Assembly: GCA_030141605.1 (NCBI GenBank)
Contig: JAQGDQ010000042.1
Span: 1-64,000 of the forward strand
Origin: Tubiluchus corallicola
Lineage: Eukaryota > Animalia > Priapulida
Direction: 5' to 3'
DNA: 64,000 nucleotides
This document shows, piece by piece, positions 14,301-27,800 of this stretch. Both the position numbers and the translations under genes were made by a program. The notes under the pieces are model-generated. The model made no database searches and had not been told where the DNA came from. It saw only the letters and a list, made by a program, of their open reading frames with translations. Positions within the stretch are counted from its first letter, which is position 1, and every line of letters starts with the position of its first letter.

Positions 14301-16239
14301 TGTGAAAGTTGCAATTATTGCATAAGTAAAACTTTGCGCCCACTAATATTGTTTATATGCTGTAGCGACCAAAAAGTTGGTCAATGTAGGGTGACCACAG
14401 GGTTCGATACTCCCGCTGAGATTTCATTCATCAAACTGATTCTGGTTGTTTACCTGAAAAAGGAAGGATTCTTGCATTCATATCTGAAAGTACTATTAGG
14501 GCACATCTGCCAGCTCAATGTTTCATCTTAGAGGCATAAATTTGATAATGTGCTAGGCTCTGGTCTCTCCACAACCATCCGTACGTACTGACTTACCGTT
14601 GAATTATGGATTTTAGCTAGAAGATTACATACAGGCTGGTCATGATTACCAAACTTTGTACAAGTTGATTCTATCTGATGAAAAGAATCATTGTATCAGT
14701 TTGTTGTTTTATGGACATCAAGCTGAAGCCAATAAATAACAAAAGCACCAGTCTGACATTCTCACTGATAGCCAGTCTCTCCATGGGGCGATTTAATAAG
14801 AGCGCAGAACGCATTTTGCTGCTCCTAATTTCGGCCAGTTATCTACTCAATGACAGATTCTTCATCTTAAATAACAAAATATCTATGATCTATTCTAGAT
14901 TTATAGAATAGATCAATGGAGTAATCTATTGTAGATCTAAAATAGTGAAAAGTTTTTCCACCACGAGATGAGGAAATAGTCGCACGGTCACCGTCATAAG
15001 CCCTGGATACCAGCTTTATGTAAGTAAGTATCTTTATTTATCACCTTTTTATGGAAAAAACACAGTGCATAAAACAATGATATGATACAATGTAACAAAA
15101 TTATCATGATGATTAGTATATCTGAAATATGATGTTAGACTGATTGGCTTGCATAGTCTGAAACGGTGCAAACAAAAATCTACGCCAATCTGACATCACG
15201 ACACCTCGACACCGCGCATTGAATTTTCTTCGCTTTATATCGGCTGATTTTTGCAGAAACTTGAAATTCTACTGATCTGATCTGCGATTTTCTGAAGTCA
15301 TTCCGACAACATGGCACTCAGCAGGATGTCACAAGCAAAACGGAAATTCATGGACTTTGCATTGTTGTCCATTCACACCCAGCTATGTCTGGTAACAGGA
15401 GGCATTCCCGTTGCACTCTCTCTCTACAAAATCAAGCAATTAATTTGGTCGTTTTTATTTTCCTACACTTATCCCAGTTTTTTACGATTCCTTAATTAGC
15501 ATGCATCACTGAATAGAAACCGTAACAATTACCGATGAAAATCATATATAAAGGATATTGTTTGTACCCGCTCAGTGGTACAGCTAATAGGAGAGCTCTC
15601 CCTGAGCACATTTTTCAAAATTGGCGCCTTCTCAACAATTTTTTAACTCTTTAGTTCACTTGTGTGGTAAAAGTCGAATCTTTTTAATCTCACAGCATTG
15701 GAAGAATTTTTTGGAGTCATTACTTTATTTGACCAAGCTGCCTCCTGTGTTTCTGAAATGAGCGTGCATTTACACAACTCATTTGTCAAGGTCGATTGAT
15801 TGAAACTGTATCTTCCTCGTGTTTTAATTTTAAACACAAAATTAAAATGTATAATCAATGCGTTAAAATTGTTTGGTATGTGTCACAGCGCCCTTTTATG
15901 TGCTTGCTCCGTCTATCTTTGCTTGGCTACGCCCTTGTAACCCACTTGGTTTCTTCACGATAAGCATGACGTTGTGGCGTTTTTTTATCTTCTTAAAAAT
16001 CCCTTTGATCGTCAACCTGCTATTCATCAGTTTCCTATGTGCTCTTGAGCAAAATATTTAGGATAAACTTGTTTGAGAGCTTGATTAGGACAGTCGTGCA
16101 ATACAATCAATTGTCCATTTGTTTTTTCCAGAATCTTGTTGCACAGCTTGCAATAAAACATCAGCCATTGCGTAGGGTTACGTCACGAACACTCATTGCT
16201 TTAATTGTTTTTGAACGAGTGACTTGACGTAAAAAAGCC

Positions 16240-17100
16240 TAGGGCTGCATGAGTTCGCAATGGATCGCCATAAAACTTCTCAGGAGTGTACTTGAATGAA
16301 TTCTGCATTGAGTAACGGAGCCGTATTTTCGATGAGGCATTTTGAAGTTCAAGATTGCGGGGACAGCAGCATTTTCGATAAAAGTCTAAGGCTGCGAAAA
16401 ATCCCCCAATTTACAACGTTCACAACGAATCGTTACAAAGCTTTACAGGAAAATATTAGAATTAATTTCCGCCAACTGACGGAGTTGTATTTTCGACCAG
16501 CCATTTCAAATTCAAGATTTTGACAATAACATCATTTTCAAAGAAAGCACAAAACGCTGCTAATTTGAAGCGGATCGTCCTGAAACGTTATTGAAATATA
16601 CTAGAACAAGACTCGCAAATTCGCAAACATTGTAGGGCTATACTGGAACGAATTCTACATAGACTACAGCCAGATTTTTGATAAAGGTGGTTTGTATTCA
16701 AGGTGATAAAAGCAAAAGACAATTTAAATCCAACGTGAATAGTCATGAAACTTTGCAAGAATATAACAGAATGAATTCTGTATCATCGTCATAATCGGGC
16801 TTTTTGATAAGGCTTTTGATCCATGTTTTTTAATTCAAGGTGGCGGCGATTTCAAAAAATACTAAGGCTCTGCTAGTTTGCAACAGATCGTCATGAAACT
16901 TTACAGGAACATGCTAAGGCAACTCGCGTCGACTGAAAGGGAACACATTTTTTTTTTATTTGCCATCTTGAATTCAAGATAACGGCATTATCGTAGTTAT
17001 TTTCTAAGAAAAAATTAAAAACCTAAACTTAACCTTCCAGTGGAATATAGCAAAACAGATTTTGTATCTATTGACGGTGTCAGGTCTTTGATTCGTTGTT
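16240..17100. repeat. Degenerate tandem array of ~145-165-bp units, possibly internal repeats of a non-autonomous element
   Basis: Motif resembling gatcgtcatgaaactttacagg recurs at 16263, 16428, 16573, 16738 and 16886; ttcaag(a/g)t motifs recur between them. Confidence 0.55.
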
Positions 17101-17732
17101 CGGATTCAACCCTCGACCGCTAGTTCGAGTCGAACTTGTTTAGCCTTCGAATCGTATAACGTATACTGTATTTAACGTATTTATACTGTATTATACTGTA
17201 TATAACGAAAGCCTCATTTTGGTAGCTTTTTTGAGCATCATTCTACTTATTTTATTACTACTGTAGTATTATATTGTATGATAGTGTGCTACGTTTTTAT
17301 CACATCATTGTTGTGTTTTAAATTTCACATCTTTAATCTCTTATTCTATGAATACTATGTCCAGAGCTAGTGTTCATTGATGGTAAAACTGACTTTAAAA
17401 ATAAAATTTGAAAGTTGAAATGAAATGAATTGAAATGATACTGGGTGATACCACAAACACACGTGTAAATTCAGTTTCTCTTTAACTTAAATGACAATAA
17501 CGTGTAAAAGATTTTTCATTCGCCATTTCTCCCTTCTAAAGATTTAATGACTACCGCTTCTATCAAATTATTATTTAACTTATTTAATGCCGCTGCACAC
17601 AAAGTCCTAACGGGTTTTATAAAATACTTAACAAAGATTGTAGGGCTACGATAACTATGTAAAAGCTAATATAAAAACATTCATAAACATACGCATAATA
17701 GCGTGATAATTAGTCAATTTGACATTTAAAGA

Positions 17733-18006
17733 CTAACCTAAGCTAATCTAAGCTAAGCCTAACCAAGGAAGTTAAGCTAAGCCAAGCCAAGACAAGCTAA
17801 GCTAACCCAAGCCAAGACAAGTCAGGCTAAGCCAGACCAAGACAAATTAAGCTAATCCATGCCAAAACAAGTTAAGCTAATCCATGCCAAAACAAGTTAA
17901 GTTAAATGAGGGCCAAGACAAGTAGAGCTAAGCTAAATCATGCAATGCCAAACTAAGACAAGTTAGGCCAGGCTAAACTAAACTAAAGTAAACTAAATTG
18001 AGCTTA
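17733..18006. repeat. Degenerate pentanucleotide (CTAAG/CCAAG/ACAAG)n array
   Basis: Continuous 5-bp periodicity, with an internal ~25-bp duplication (ttaagctaatccatgccaaaacaag twice). Confidence 0.8.
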
Positions 18007-19584
18007 GTACTAATAAGTATAGATGTTAAGCAAAATACGCGTAAATAATTGCTTATTACTAGAGTACCTTGAAAACCTAAATATAGTAATACAACCGTTT
18101 CCGTAGTTGTACAGGTTACAAAAGTAATTCATCAAACTACAATAGTTGGGTTAGCACTTTATAACCAATTACGGACATGTTCAAAATGATGTGTAATTAA
18201 GATCAAAAGTCTATTTTAACATTACTTATTTCTAAATAAAACGAGCAATTTGTCTGCGTGGACCGCCTGCGGTAGGGTGAGCTGTAGTCAGTCACCTTCT
18301 TAGATCGCTTACCAGCGGCAAATTTCCAGTCACTTAATTTAGCATATCTCATTGCACTTGTCAATATTGAAATATTGACGAAAGAGTCCTGTTCAGAAAT
18401 CCATTTGCAAGTTAACTCAGGTCACTAAACTTTAGAGGCGATATAGATTACTATAGGTAAATGAGTCCATGTATAGTAAGCAAATTAAATTACCCTAGTT
18501 CAAACGGCCTGTTTAACTTACCATAAGAAAACCATGAAATCCTAGATTTCGCGCTTAAACAATCTAAGAAAAGTGTCGAATTTTAACTTCCTTTCCTATA
18601 GCGCTTTACACGTATCTTTTCAGTCTTTGTGTCACAAAATTTATTACGAATAATTCTGTACTTTCTCGTGTAAAAACATATTATTATTGCGAAATTTATC
18701 ATGTTAAAACGCATTTAAGTTAAAGCACTTTATATTTAAATAGGAAACGCATGAACATCTGTCCTTGTAACTGCAAATTGCTTATCAATCAAACTGAGAT
18801 ATTATAGTAAACCATCTAAGATTTGCACTGGCATACTGATGTGATAACTGCTGGTTTTTTAACGGGTGCCGTATTGCTTTAATTCTGTATATATTTCTTT
18901 TTTTATTATCTGCATTTTTGATAGTGCCAGTCATTAGTTTTTAACTGGTCTAACGGAAAGCATCACGTTGAAAGTGTGGTAATGTTCGACCATTTGGAGC
19001 TGAAGTCTTCTTTAAGATTTAAATTAAAAAAAACTATATGTGACATTACGACGCACACTAGTTCAACGGGTTTGATATGGTAACGACGGGGTGGAGGCAA
19101 TATGTCAGCGTGTGGCAAGAAACTCAATAGAACGTATGGCAGTTAGTTTGGAAAATTACGGGAGAATTTGTAAAAATGTCTATAAGCAAATCGTGTTATG
19201 TGGACTAATGCAAATAGCTTAATGCAAATTTGCGAGTGGAACATTAGATCCTGTAAGGTCATGAAAATAACCAGAGTCACTGGAAGTGGCATTTGCAAGA
19301 CTGAAAGTAAGAAAAATCCAATTATAGTACTAGTGGAGATTTGCTTGTGCTTGTAATAGTATTTGCAGTGACGGTAACAACTTACTTAACTAAACAATAG
19401 AGCAAATACAGCTTATATGAAAGCGTGCGCTGAATTAGTTCAGCAAAAGCCTGTACAAATTGCCCAACAAAGAAGTGTACATCTGTCTCCACCGTAATTC
19501 AAATTTGATATTTTTGGTATGTTTAACTTCGGTTAGTTTATGTTATTCTGTTACTCATTTATTAGAATGACTATTAAAAGTTAA

Positions 19585-20875
19585 AGGAAAACCGGACTCA
19601 CTCTTAAACTGCAAGTCAAAACAATCTATTCTTTAAAATATTGAAAAGAAACATTCTATTTTATCAAGAATAACTTACGTGAAAGAATTATTACCACAGA
19701 AACATACAATTGCGTTCCCGCAGCTAGTTCTTCGCTGTTACACGCATTTCGCCATTCGCTAGTTAGACGGGCACTAGCGCCTGCATTTTGGAAACGCGTT
19801 GCACAAAACACAGGTGCGGTGCCTCTCAGTTCAGATGTGTTCGTTTGGGATGTAGTGCAAACGTTCGAAAGCTCATGCGTGAGCACAGTGGTAGACTCGA
19901 AATTTGAATTTTTGTCTTAAAACTTGCCGAGTTTCAGTACAACACACTGTATAGTACAACAGTCTTACAGTAGCACTGTACATTCAGTTCAGTTCTCGAT
20001 TAAACTATTGTAATAGCACACTTTTTGGCATTCCTCAGTATCAGATTGATAAACTGCAACATGTACACAACACAGCGGCCCGAATTATTACAGGCACTCG
20101 TAAATATGATCACACAACTCCTGTTCTCGTGCAATTGCACTGGTTGCCCGTTTCTTTCAGAATAAAATACAAAATTCTCTTATTAACACTCACAGCTCTG
20201 AATGATTTAGCGCCTTCCTATATATCTGATTTTTTGAAGCCATATGTGCCCAATCGCAATCTTAGATCAATTAATTCATCGACACTTTTTGTACCGCGTT
20301 ATAATCTAGTCACATATGGTTCTCATAGTTTTAGCGCAGAGGCACCAAAATTATGGAAGATTTACCAATTCATGCACGTAAAATCAATAATGTTCAAAAG
20401 TTTAAATCATTCCTTAAAACTTATTTTTATAAAGAAGCCTTTTTAATTAATTAGAAATATGGACTTATGGATTTAATTACAGCCGATTTTATATACATGT
20501 ATTAAGATCTTAGTTTTATTTATAACAGCCTATTGTGTATGTACTATTTACGTGTTAATATTTTAAGTATGTAAAATGCATTAGTTCATTTTTAATGTTA
20601 ATGCATTTTAAATATTCAATAAATTATTATTATTATTATTATTACTTTAATCTTCGCTTTTGTAAATACGTGCAACACGCTCGTGGAATGTTTTTGCTGT
20701 TGAAAATTATGTCCATTTCTAATGTCATTAATAGTTGGCCTCGTTTGCTGTTAATTAAGATTTCAAGCTATTATTTAACTATCAGAAACGCTTTTCCAGC
20801 ATCAATGGTGTTAAAATGTATGCTTATACCGTACTTGATAATGGGGTAGCATATGAAAAATCATCTTGTCTTCCT
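19585..20875 (+). mobile_element. Kolobok-like element, copy 2, interrupted by an L2 fragment
   Basis: TTAA-AGGAAAACCGGA...TGTCTTCCT-TTAA; colinear with copy 1 on both sides of a ~660-bp insert. Confidence 0.75.
19982..20643 (+). mobile_element. 5'-truncated L2-clade LINE (ORF2 C-terminus, 3'UTR and (ATT)n tail)
   Basis: Reads SRLNYCNSTLFGIPQYQIDKLQHVHNTAARIITGTRKYDHTTPVLVQLHWLPVSFRIKYKILLL...APKLW; ends AATAAA then (TTA)n. Confidence 0.8.
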
Positions 20876-23049
20876 TTAAAGAACAAGACAGTAAAAAGAT
20901 AAGAACGTGAGTTATATGGCACTGAAATATCTGAAATAATAATGTATGGATTATGTGCTACTGCTAGATTGCTCATAGTTTGGAAGTTTAGGTCAAGATT
21001 ATCGTAATGAACCCTAATGAAAACGACTCAGCTGTTACGTGTGACGTGCTATATCACACGTGCTTCATTAAATCTACCTTTACCGCCGTCTTGATTTCGG
21101 AAAACATAATTACAACGAACCTTGCTCAGCGAAGATGACTTTTAACATGTAGGTGTTATAGCAGGTAATTTCCATTTCATAATCACTGGGATTGACAGAA
21201 TCAGCAATACGTTGCGTACCAGGTACGCGTCTTAATTTACCTGCTATGATAGTCACTCTGGCGGCTGTAAGCTTGTATAAGGTGTTCCATAAGCGGCAAT
21301 GTAGAAGAATAATTATTGTGTGCAAATATAATTGCAAATAAATAATCAATTGTGCCCGCAAAATTTTTGCATTTTACTGTTAAATATCAATCAGGTGTAG
21401 GATGTAAAAATCACAAGTTAATCAAAAACTTTTCATTAAAAAATTTCATTAATCTACAATGTCGTTTATATTTATTTGCCTTTTTAGCTTTAGACGACTG
21501 ATGTGCGTTAATTTATTCCAAGAATTAACACTCTTTTATGTCTTTATGCTCATGTAGGTTTTTTCACGTTTACAGTATTAGCTTTATTATTGTAGCAATT
21601 CCATCAGTGTAGCATGAAGCTATAGTGGACTGGTTATACTGACATAGTACAAACCTAGAAAAGAGTGATTTAACTCTTGAAATGCATTTTTATACCGCGC
21701 ATTGCTTATTTTTAACAACATACTTTGCACACATTGTAAATAAAAATAGCTGCATGGACAATGGGCCGGTTGACGAGACGAATTGGTATGTGGGTAGCAT
21801 GCAAGCAGGTAGGTAGGCAAATAAGCAGATAGACAGTGTGACATATAATTAGGTAACTAGAGGCAGAAAATCGAACAGTCAGACATACATAATTTTATAC
21901 GGTAAATAAGATTTTGAGTTAATTTTTTGTACTCTATTTTATCCTTATATTTATGTATTTGTGTTCTATGGACTAAAATCACTAGATTCCGAAATAAATA
22001 AATTATAATTGTAATGCATGTAAATGCATTACAAAAGAAAATAAATAAGCCATGAAATAAACAGTAAATAGAAAACAAATAAGCAAACAGTAGATGAACA
22101 AACGCTTTTGACACACAGACAAATGAAAAAACAAGTGTAACAAAGTGAGCAAACAAACAAACAAGCAGACAAACACATAAATAAGCAAAACACCTAAATA
22201 GTTAATAGATATGCCTAAATAAATAAATCAAATAAAATTAGCCTGTCCGTAATGCGTGTAAAATTAAGGCATAATTGCAGGCTTGAACGACACTAATTGA
22301 GACGCCCTAGGCCGCACTGCAGCTTTAATATTAGCAAAAAAGGTGATTGAACGGTTTGCTTCCTAGCTCTGTGTTGATAGCCTAATAACGATTATGCAGA
22401 TTATTATGTGTCATTTGCAAGTCAGATCCGAAGACTGAAGCATTCCGCAGGACATTTCCATCGGCAATTAATAGTGACAATCTCTATAGCCAATACACTT
22501 GGGCCTTGGCTTAAATCAAGGATAAATTATCACTGGTTAAACAGCGTATATTCTACTGGCTGCTTTAATCAAAATTTTCGAAATGGTTCGGGGAACTTCA
22601 ACTTTTTTATGTTTAAACACAAGTAATTTAGTTCGATCAAATAAGCTCCATCATTGCGACCATTTCTTCAATGGTATAGAACTATCAATTTCTTTCGTGT
22701 CTTCATCTATCCTAAAATAAATACACGTGACTTTGCCCAAATATCCTCCTTGCAAAAACTTATTGCGCCACACTTTATTGCGTCATGTCCGTATTTGCCA
22801 CGAATGAAAGTAAATTTTAGTAAAATATTTGACGAAAGTCAGCTGTGTTTTAAATAAAATAAACCCGTTAGTAGATTTATTAATATAGCACACAAAATAA
22901 ACGTCAGATGTAAGAGTGAAGAATATAAGACAAGTACTATTAGTAAAATAAATCCAGTATAAATCCAGCAAAATCGTTGAAAACGTTGTTTTATGAAAGT
23001 GTGAGCAACATCTTATAACTACTCATGCCCAGTTTAGCTGCAAGGAAAG

Positions 23050-24810
23050 GGTTGGAAACCGAGAAGGAGGCCATTTTTGTTTGCAAACAATTACTTCAAC
23101 ATTATGTTGATCTGTATACGCATGTATGTTAGATGCCAGTAAGGTAGAATAAATCACAACAAATTGTTATCTAAGCTTAAATATATTGTTACGCCAAAAT
23201 ATATTGTTAATTTACTTCAAAGTTTGCAAAGTATTGGAGTGGTGTCTGATAAATGGAGGCGATGTTATTTCTTAAGATTTTAATGGCAACAATGACTTGA
23301 GACAGGGCAGCGTCCTGCGACTGTTTTGTTTTGTATTTTTATTGATAAACTTATCGAAAAGTTGAGTAAATTGAATGGGTGCTTCCTCGGCAAAGAGCTA
23401 CTAAATCACATTTTGCTTGCGGATGATTTAATTTTGTTTGCGGCATCTATAGCAGACTGATAAAGTGTTGTGCTATTGAAAATAACTATTGAAGTTTTTT
23501 GGTTCTTTTGTAATGTTTGCTTATACAATAATGTTGTCCCCACTGGTGCTCTGAAAAGTACTTATGTTACATCATGTATTGCAGAACTGAACGACAATAC
23601 TTATAATTGTTAATCAAACTCAGCTATTGTATATTAGAGTGAATTCTTTCATTAGAAATGTTAGCAGTTGCACTGATAATGTGAAATAACCTTACTTGTT
23701 TATCAGCAACTGTGAAAACTTTTACAGTCTTTCTCTTTGGGTAAATTTTGATAGGTGACTGAGAAACTTTGAGTTGCTTACATTAAGGGTAAATTAATTT
23801 CTCGCAGATTTTATTATTGGGCATCATAAATGCTGCAGTAATCTATTTCTCGTTTCAATGCATATGCAGGCGAAGCTATTTCAGTTTCCAGTATGATTAT
23901 AAACTCTGACACTGTTTTTATCAGCGATTGGGAACTGTGATTTGAGATATGCGTAACTTTATTTTAAATTGTAGCATATAAATTTGCAAATTGGGCGGAA
24001 TCGTCCGTGCGATCAACCTAATGTACAGTGTTTTTAATTCATTTTATAAACTTTTTATTGCTTGATGTGCGCATATGTGCATGTTATGATACAATTGTTT
24101 GCTTGTTTGTATATATTTTTATATGGCATTTGATGCCGAAATACATTCTATTGCTTTTAAGCAACGAAATACTTGTGATAATAAATTTAATTTTATGACA
24201 TTTTGTGCAAAATTTCGCCGAGTATGTTACGCATCCTCTAATTGTACATTTCATCGTGCTGATGTACAGCATGGAAGAAAAAAGGTAGCCACAAACCCGA
24301 AAGTGAATGTATTTGAATTTTTAAGCGAACTAGTCAGCCTGGCAAATCTGATTCTATGTTGAATTGCAGCGCATCTAGTATGTATGTGTACTACTCTTAG
24401 ACGCGTATGTACAAAGAACGGCAGCATGTCTGGCACATTGTCTGACATTCAAAATGCATTGTTTTTAACATTAAAAATGAGTGACCGATTCTATAAATCG
24501 CATTTTTTTAAAAAGAGGCATTTTTTACTGAGTCGTTGTAATGCGTCTTTATTGTAGAACACAGTCATTATTTCGGTGAATTGATTTCGTGTATATTGTC
24601 TTATGCATGTAATTTTGTAAATAGCTTGTCCTGTTGTATGTGTATTTTTTGTACTTGTATGCGCTGTTTTATTGTAATTTCAATAATTTTGGTTGTATGT
24701 TTTAATGTTTAGTCTTAATGTCTTATATATATTTTATTTAACTAACATGTGTGTTTTATATGGATTTTAAGTCTGAAATAAAAGTGTGAATTGAATTGAA
24801 TTGAAATGAA
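23050..24810 (+). mobile_element. Highly decayed LINE, RTE-X-like reverse transcriptase remnant
   Basis: Fragments LRQGSVL, FCIFIDKLIEKLSKLNGCFLGKELLNHILLADDLILFAAS and FIRNVSSCTDNVK; AATAAA plus (TGAAT)n tail at ~24777-24810; many stops and frameshifts; the link to the tail is inferred. Confidence 0.55.
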
Positions 24811-27800
24811 ATCCCTTTCAAAACAAATGTGGTAGAATTTTAGCATTTGGTAGAATTTAATCTTGGGTATAATGAAATTGTATATGCTAACGGGTCTTCC
24901 ACAATTTCTTGAAGTGTTTTTTCTTAAGTATTGAACTAGAGACAGGCTGAATCGGCCCTATTTGGTCAGCTGTGAAGCAAGACAACGTAAATCAGCTGCG
25001 AAGGAAAATCACTTAAAAGTTTTGAACAAATGGACTTCTTGGATTCTATTGACAGGAGCGTTCTTGCCTCATAAACTAACAGCCTCGTAAAGTTTCTACT
25101 AGAAAGTAAACCGTCGACTTCTACCGGCAAGACTGAGTACGAGGTTTCCTCTAAATTAGATTTGTTCTCTTTCGTAGAAAGTGCCTACTTATCTAGATAT
25201 TTCTGAAGCGGAAAATTTTCAACATCATTAAAGTTTGGACAAAGCCCTGTGTTAATAATAAAGAAAATCTTTGACAAAAAGTGATATCTGTTAGACAATA
25301 ATGATTGGCAATTTTTTTGCTTTGACTTTGTTAGCATGCTGAATGCAAGAGAAATGTTCAGCAATGTGACTTTTAATTTAAGCTAATGAGACCAAGAAAG
25401 GTAACAAAAGTTGCAAAAATGCAAAAGAAAATTGCTCTACTGAATCTACTCACACCAAAGGTTAATTTTGCCCAGCTTCCAGTTTTTTTGTGTGTCCACC
25501 CACAATGTTCAACCAGGGTCGGTCAGTTTTTCCTACCCATGAGGTAATTTGAAGTAAAATTGGAGTTCTTGTTTTTTTCTCTTTTTTTTCATGTTTGTGC
25601 TGGTGAATAAATGATGCGCGTTCAAGTATTTGACGCGTAAAAATAGTTCTAGAGCTAATATTTGATTACAGTTGATTCTTTGTGAAATCTGGAAACACCT
25701 TAGATCGTCTTGAACTAATTCGTACGACAAGTAGTTAATTATCCGCAATGTGGGTGTGTGCGTGCGTCCGTGTAGGGAGGGGGAAGGAAACATTGTGGAG
25801 CTAATTATCATGTCGTCAGTGCCCATTTTAGTAACCGCAAGCTCATGTTACTTGAAGTTTAACTCGAACAATTATAATTACTTCCTTCTCTTTGACGTCA
25901 TTCTCGGTGAAAACTTTTGACGAAACGTTTTGTTGATTTCCATTTAATATCTTGGCTTATCTACTTTCACTTTAACGTTAATTACAGCAAGATTATTACT
26001 CGGGGGAATTACCATTTCTACAATGAAATTTGTTCAGTCTATAAAATTGATTGTTTTCCCACTTAATTTCAAATGAGTGAAAAGTGGAATTTCCCATTTC
26101 ACTGTGCAGTTTTTCTTGTTCACTTCAGTTGTAAAGCTCGGGACGTAATTTTCAAAAAAAGTATTTAATTAGTAAACGTTAGACAGCCGTAAATTAAAAC
26201 AACGTTTATGGTAAGTTTTTTTTTATAAATTAAAGACATCAAATTACTTCCGCAACTTTGCTAATATAGAACAAACTGAAACAGGAGGCCTACTGCTAAC
26301 AGAAGTTCAAGTATAAAGTCTGGCATTTTGGTACACGTGTATGTCTGATCCAAGTGTCACTTTGAGCAGATCTATAATCATTAATAGTAACTAAATATTT
26401 AATCAATTCCTACGCTTAGCAAGTCAACATACACTACAGGAATGGTTGAAGTTTTTTGCAAATGTTTTTTTGTATAAACATATATATTTAAATATAGAAT
26501 TGTCAATTAAACAACAAGCTGCTTAACTCAAGATCCTTCTGTATAGTATTAAAAAAATTAATATCCACTCGCACCCACTACAAAGACAGTTAAATAAGAT
26601 ACACTTACAGTTATAAAAAGAACATCACATACTTTTACAAATAAGCATTGTAATAAATGAAATAACTGATGTCAATCGGACAGATTATATAAGAACAATA
26701 AGTAACTGAAAAGTAAGCTATTAAAATCATACGACTAGCCAGGCATAACTTGAACAAGATTGATAACAACAACATAGTTTAAGAGAATGAAAAACAACAT
26801 CACACAAGCTATCATAGCCAAATATGCTTTTCGAAACATTTCGAAGATATAATATACACCTGTGTTTCAAACAAAAGCAGATAATTTTCAGAGTCAGAGA
26901 GATCATTAGACCCACAAAAAGGAGCAAGCATTAAAATTCATAAAATGTTGAAGAACAGCAACATGAAATAACAGCAACATTAAAAAGCAAAACTAGGACG
27001 GAGTTATCAGGGAAAATAAATTTGGATAATTTCAGCTTTCGGCTGCCAGTTACTTAATCCTGCTTGTTATGCTTGCTAGTGAGTATTGATGTTTATTCTA
27101 CATACTGTTCGTCCGTTATCCAATACACGCAACAATGAAGCAAGTAACATTGACCGTACTATCGTGCTACAAAACTACCTCAAAGCGTTAAATTGGATTA
27201 TCTTTTAATCCGTATATCTTTTGGTTTCTTTTTGAGGATATCTTCAGCTGTTATTGATAATTTTTACTAAGTCAATCACGGAAGTTAAGCCGCAGAGTTC
27301 TGAAAAGGAACAGAAGTCTTTGATCATGTGCTTGGTGTAGGAAAAGATTGACTTTTATGAAGCCGCCATGGAACTGATTTATTTCATTTTGATTAACTGT
27401 AATCATCATCTTTCATTCGTCATAAATTTTACAGAAGAAATTTGGGATCTCAAAGTAATAATGAATCTTACTTATTGTTAGTCTTTTGCCAAGGATGAAT
27501 TTATTAACTGCTTAATCTATTTCATGTTAACACCTGAAAACGTTAATTAATATTTACTACAATAATTAATATTTAACAATTAAATGTTAGTTATTATGTA
27601 CCCACTAGAAGTGATTGCAAATTTATTTGATTTAGTTTCTTTTCAAAAGTGAGTTTTAGACTCCAAAGTGTTACACCAAAAAAATTGATAGGATCATCGC
27701 AACCATCATTACTACCACCATAACCATCAATATCATTACCATCATCAGAAACAGCAGCTACAGCAGCAGCATTATCATTGTCATCACTATTATCATGCTC

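Noticed and set aside
15270-15425. Cys-containing minus-strand segment after a ttttgtag acceptor (ECNGNASCYQT) as a further EGF exon
   Set aside because: Stops follow in all three frames and the cysteine spacing does not complete an EGF module
15572-15938. Possible hAT-like MITE (cagtggtacagc...gctacgcccttg)
   Set aside because: TIR match is weak and the 8-bp flanks do not agree well enough to support a call
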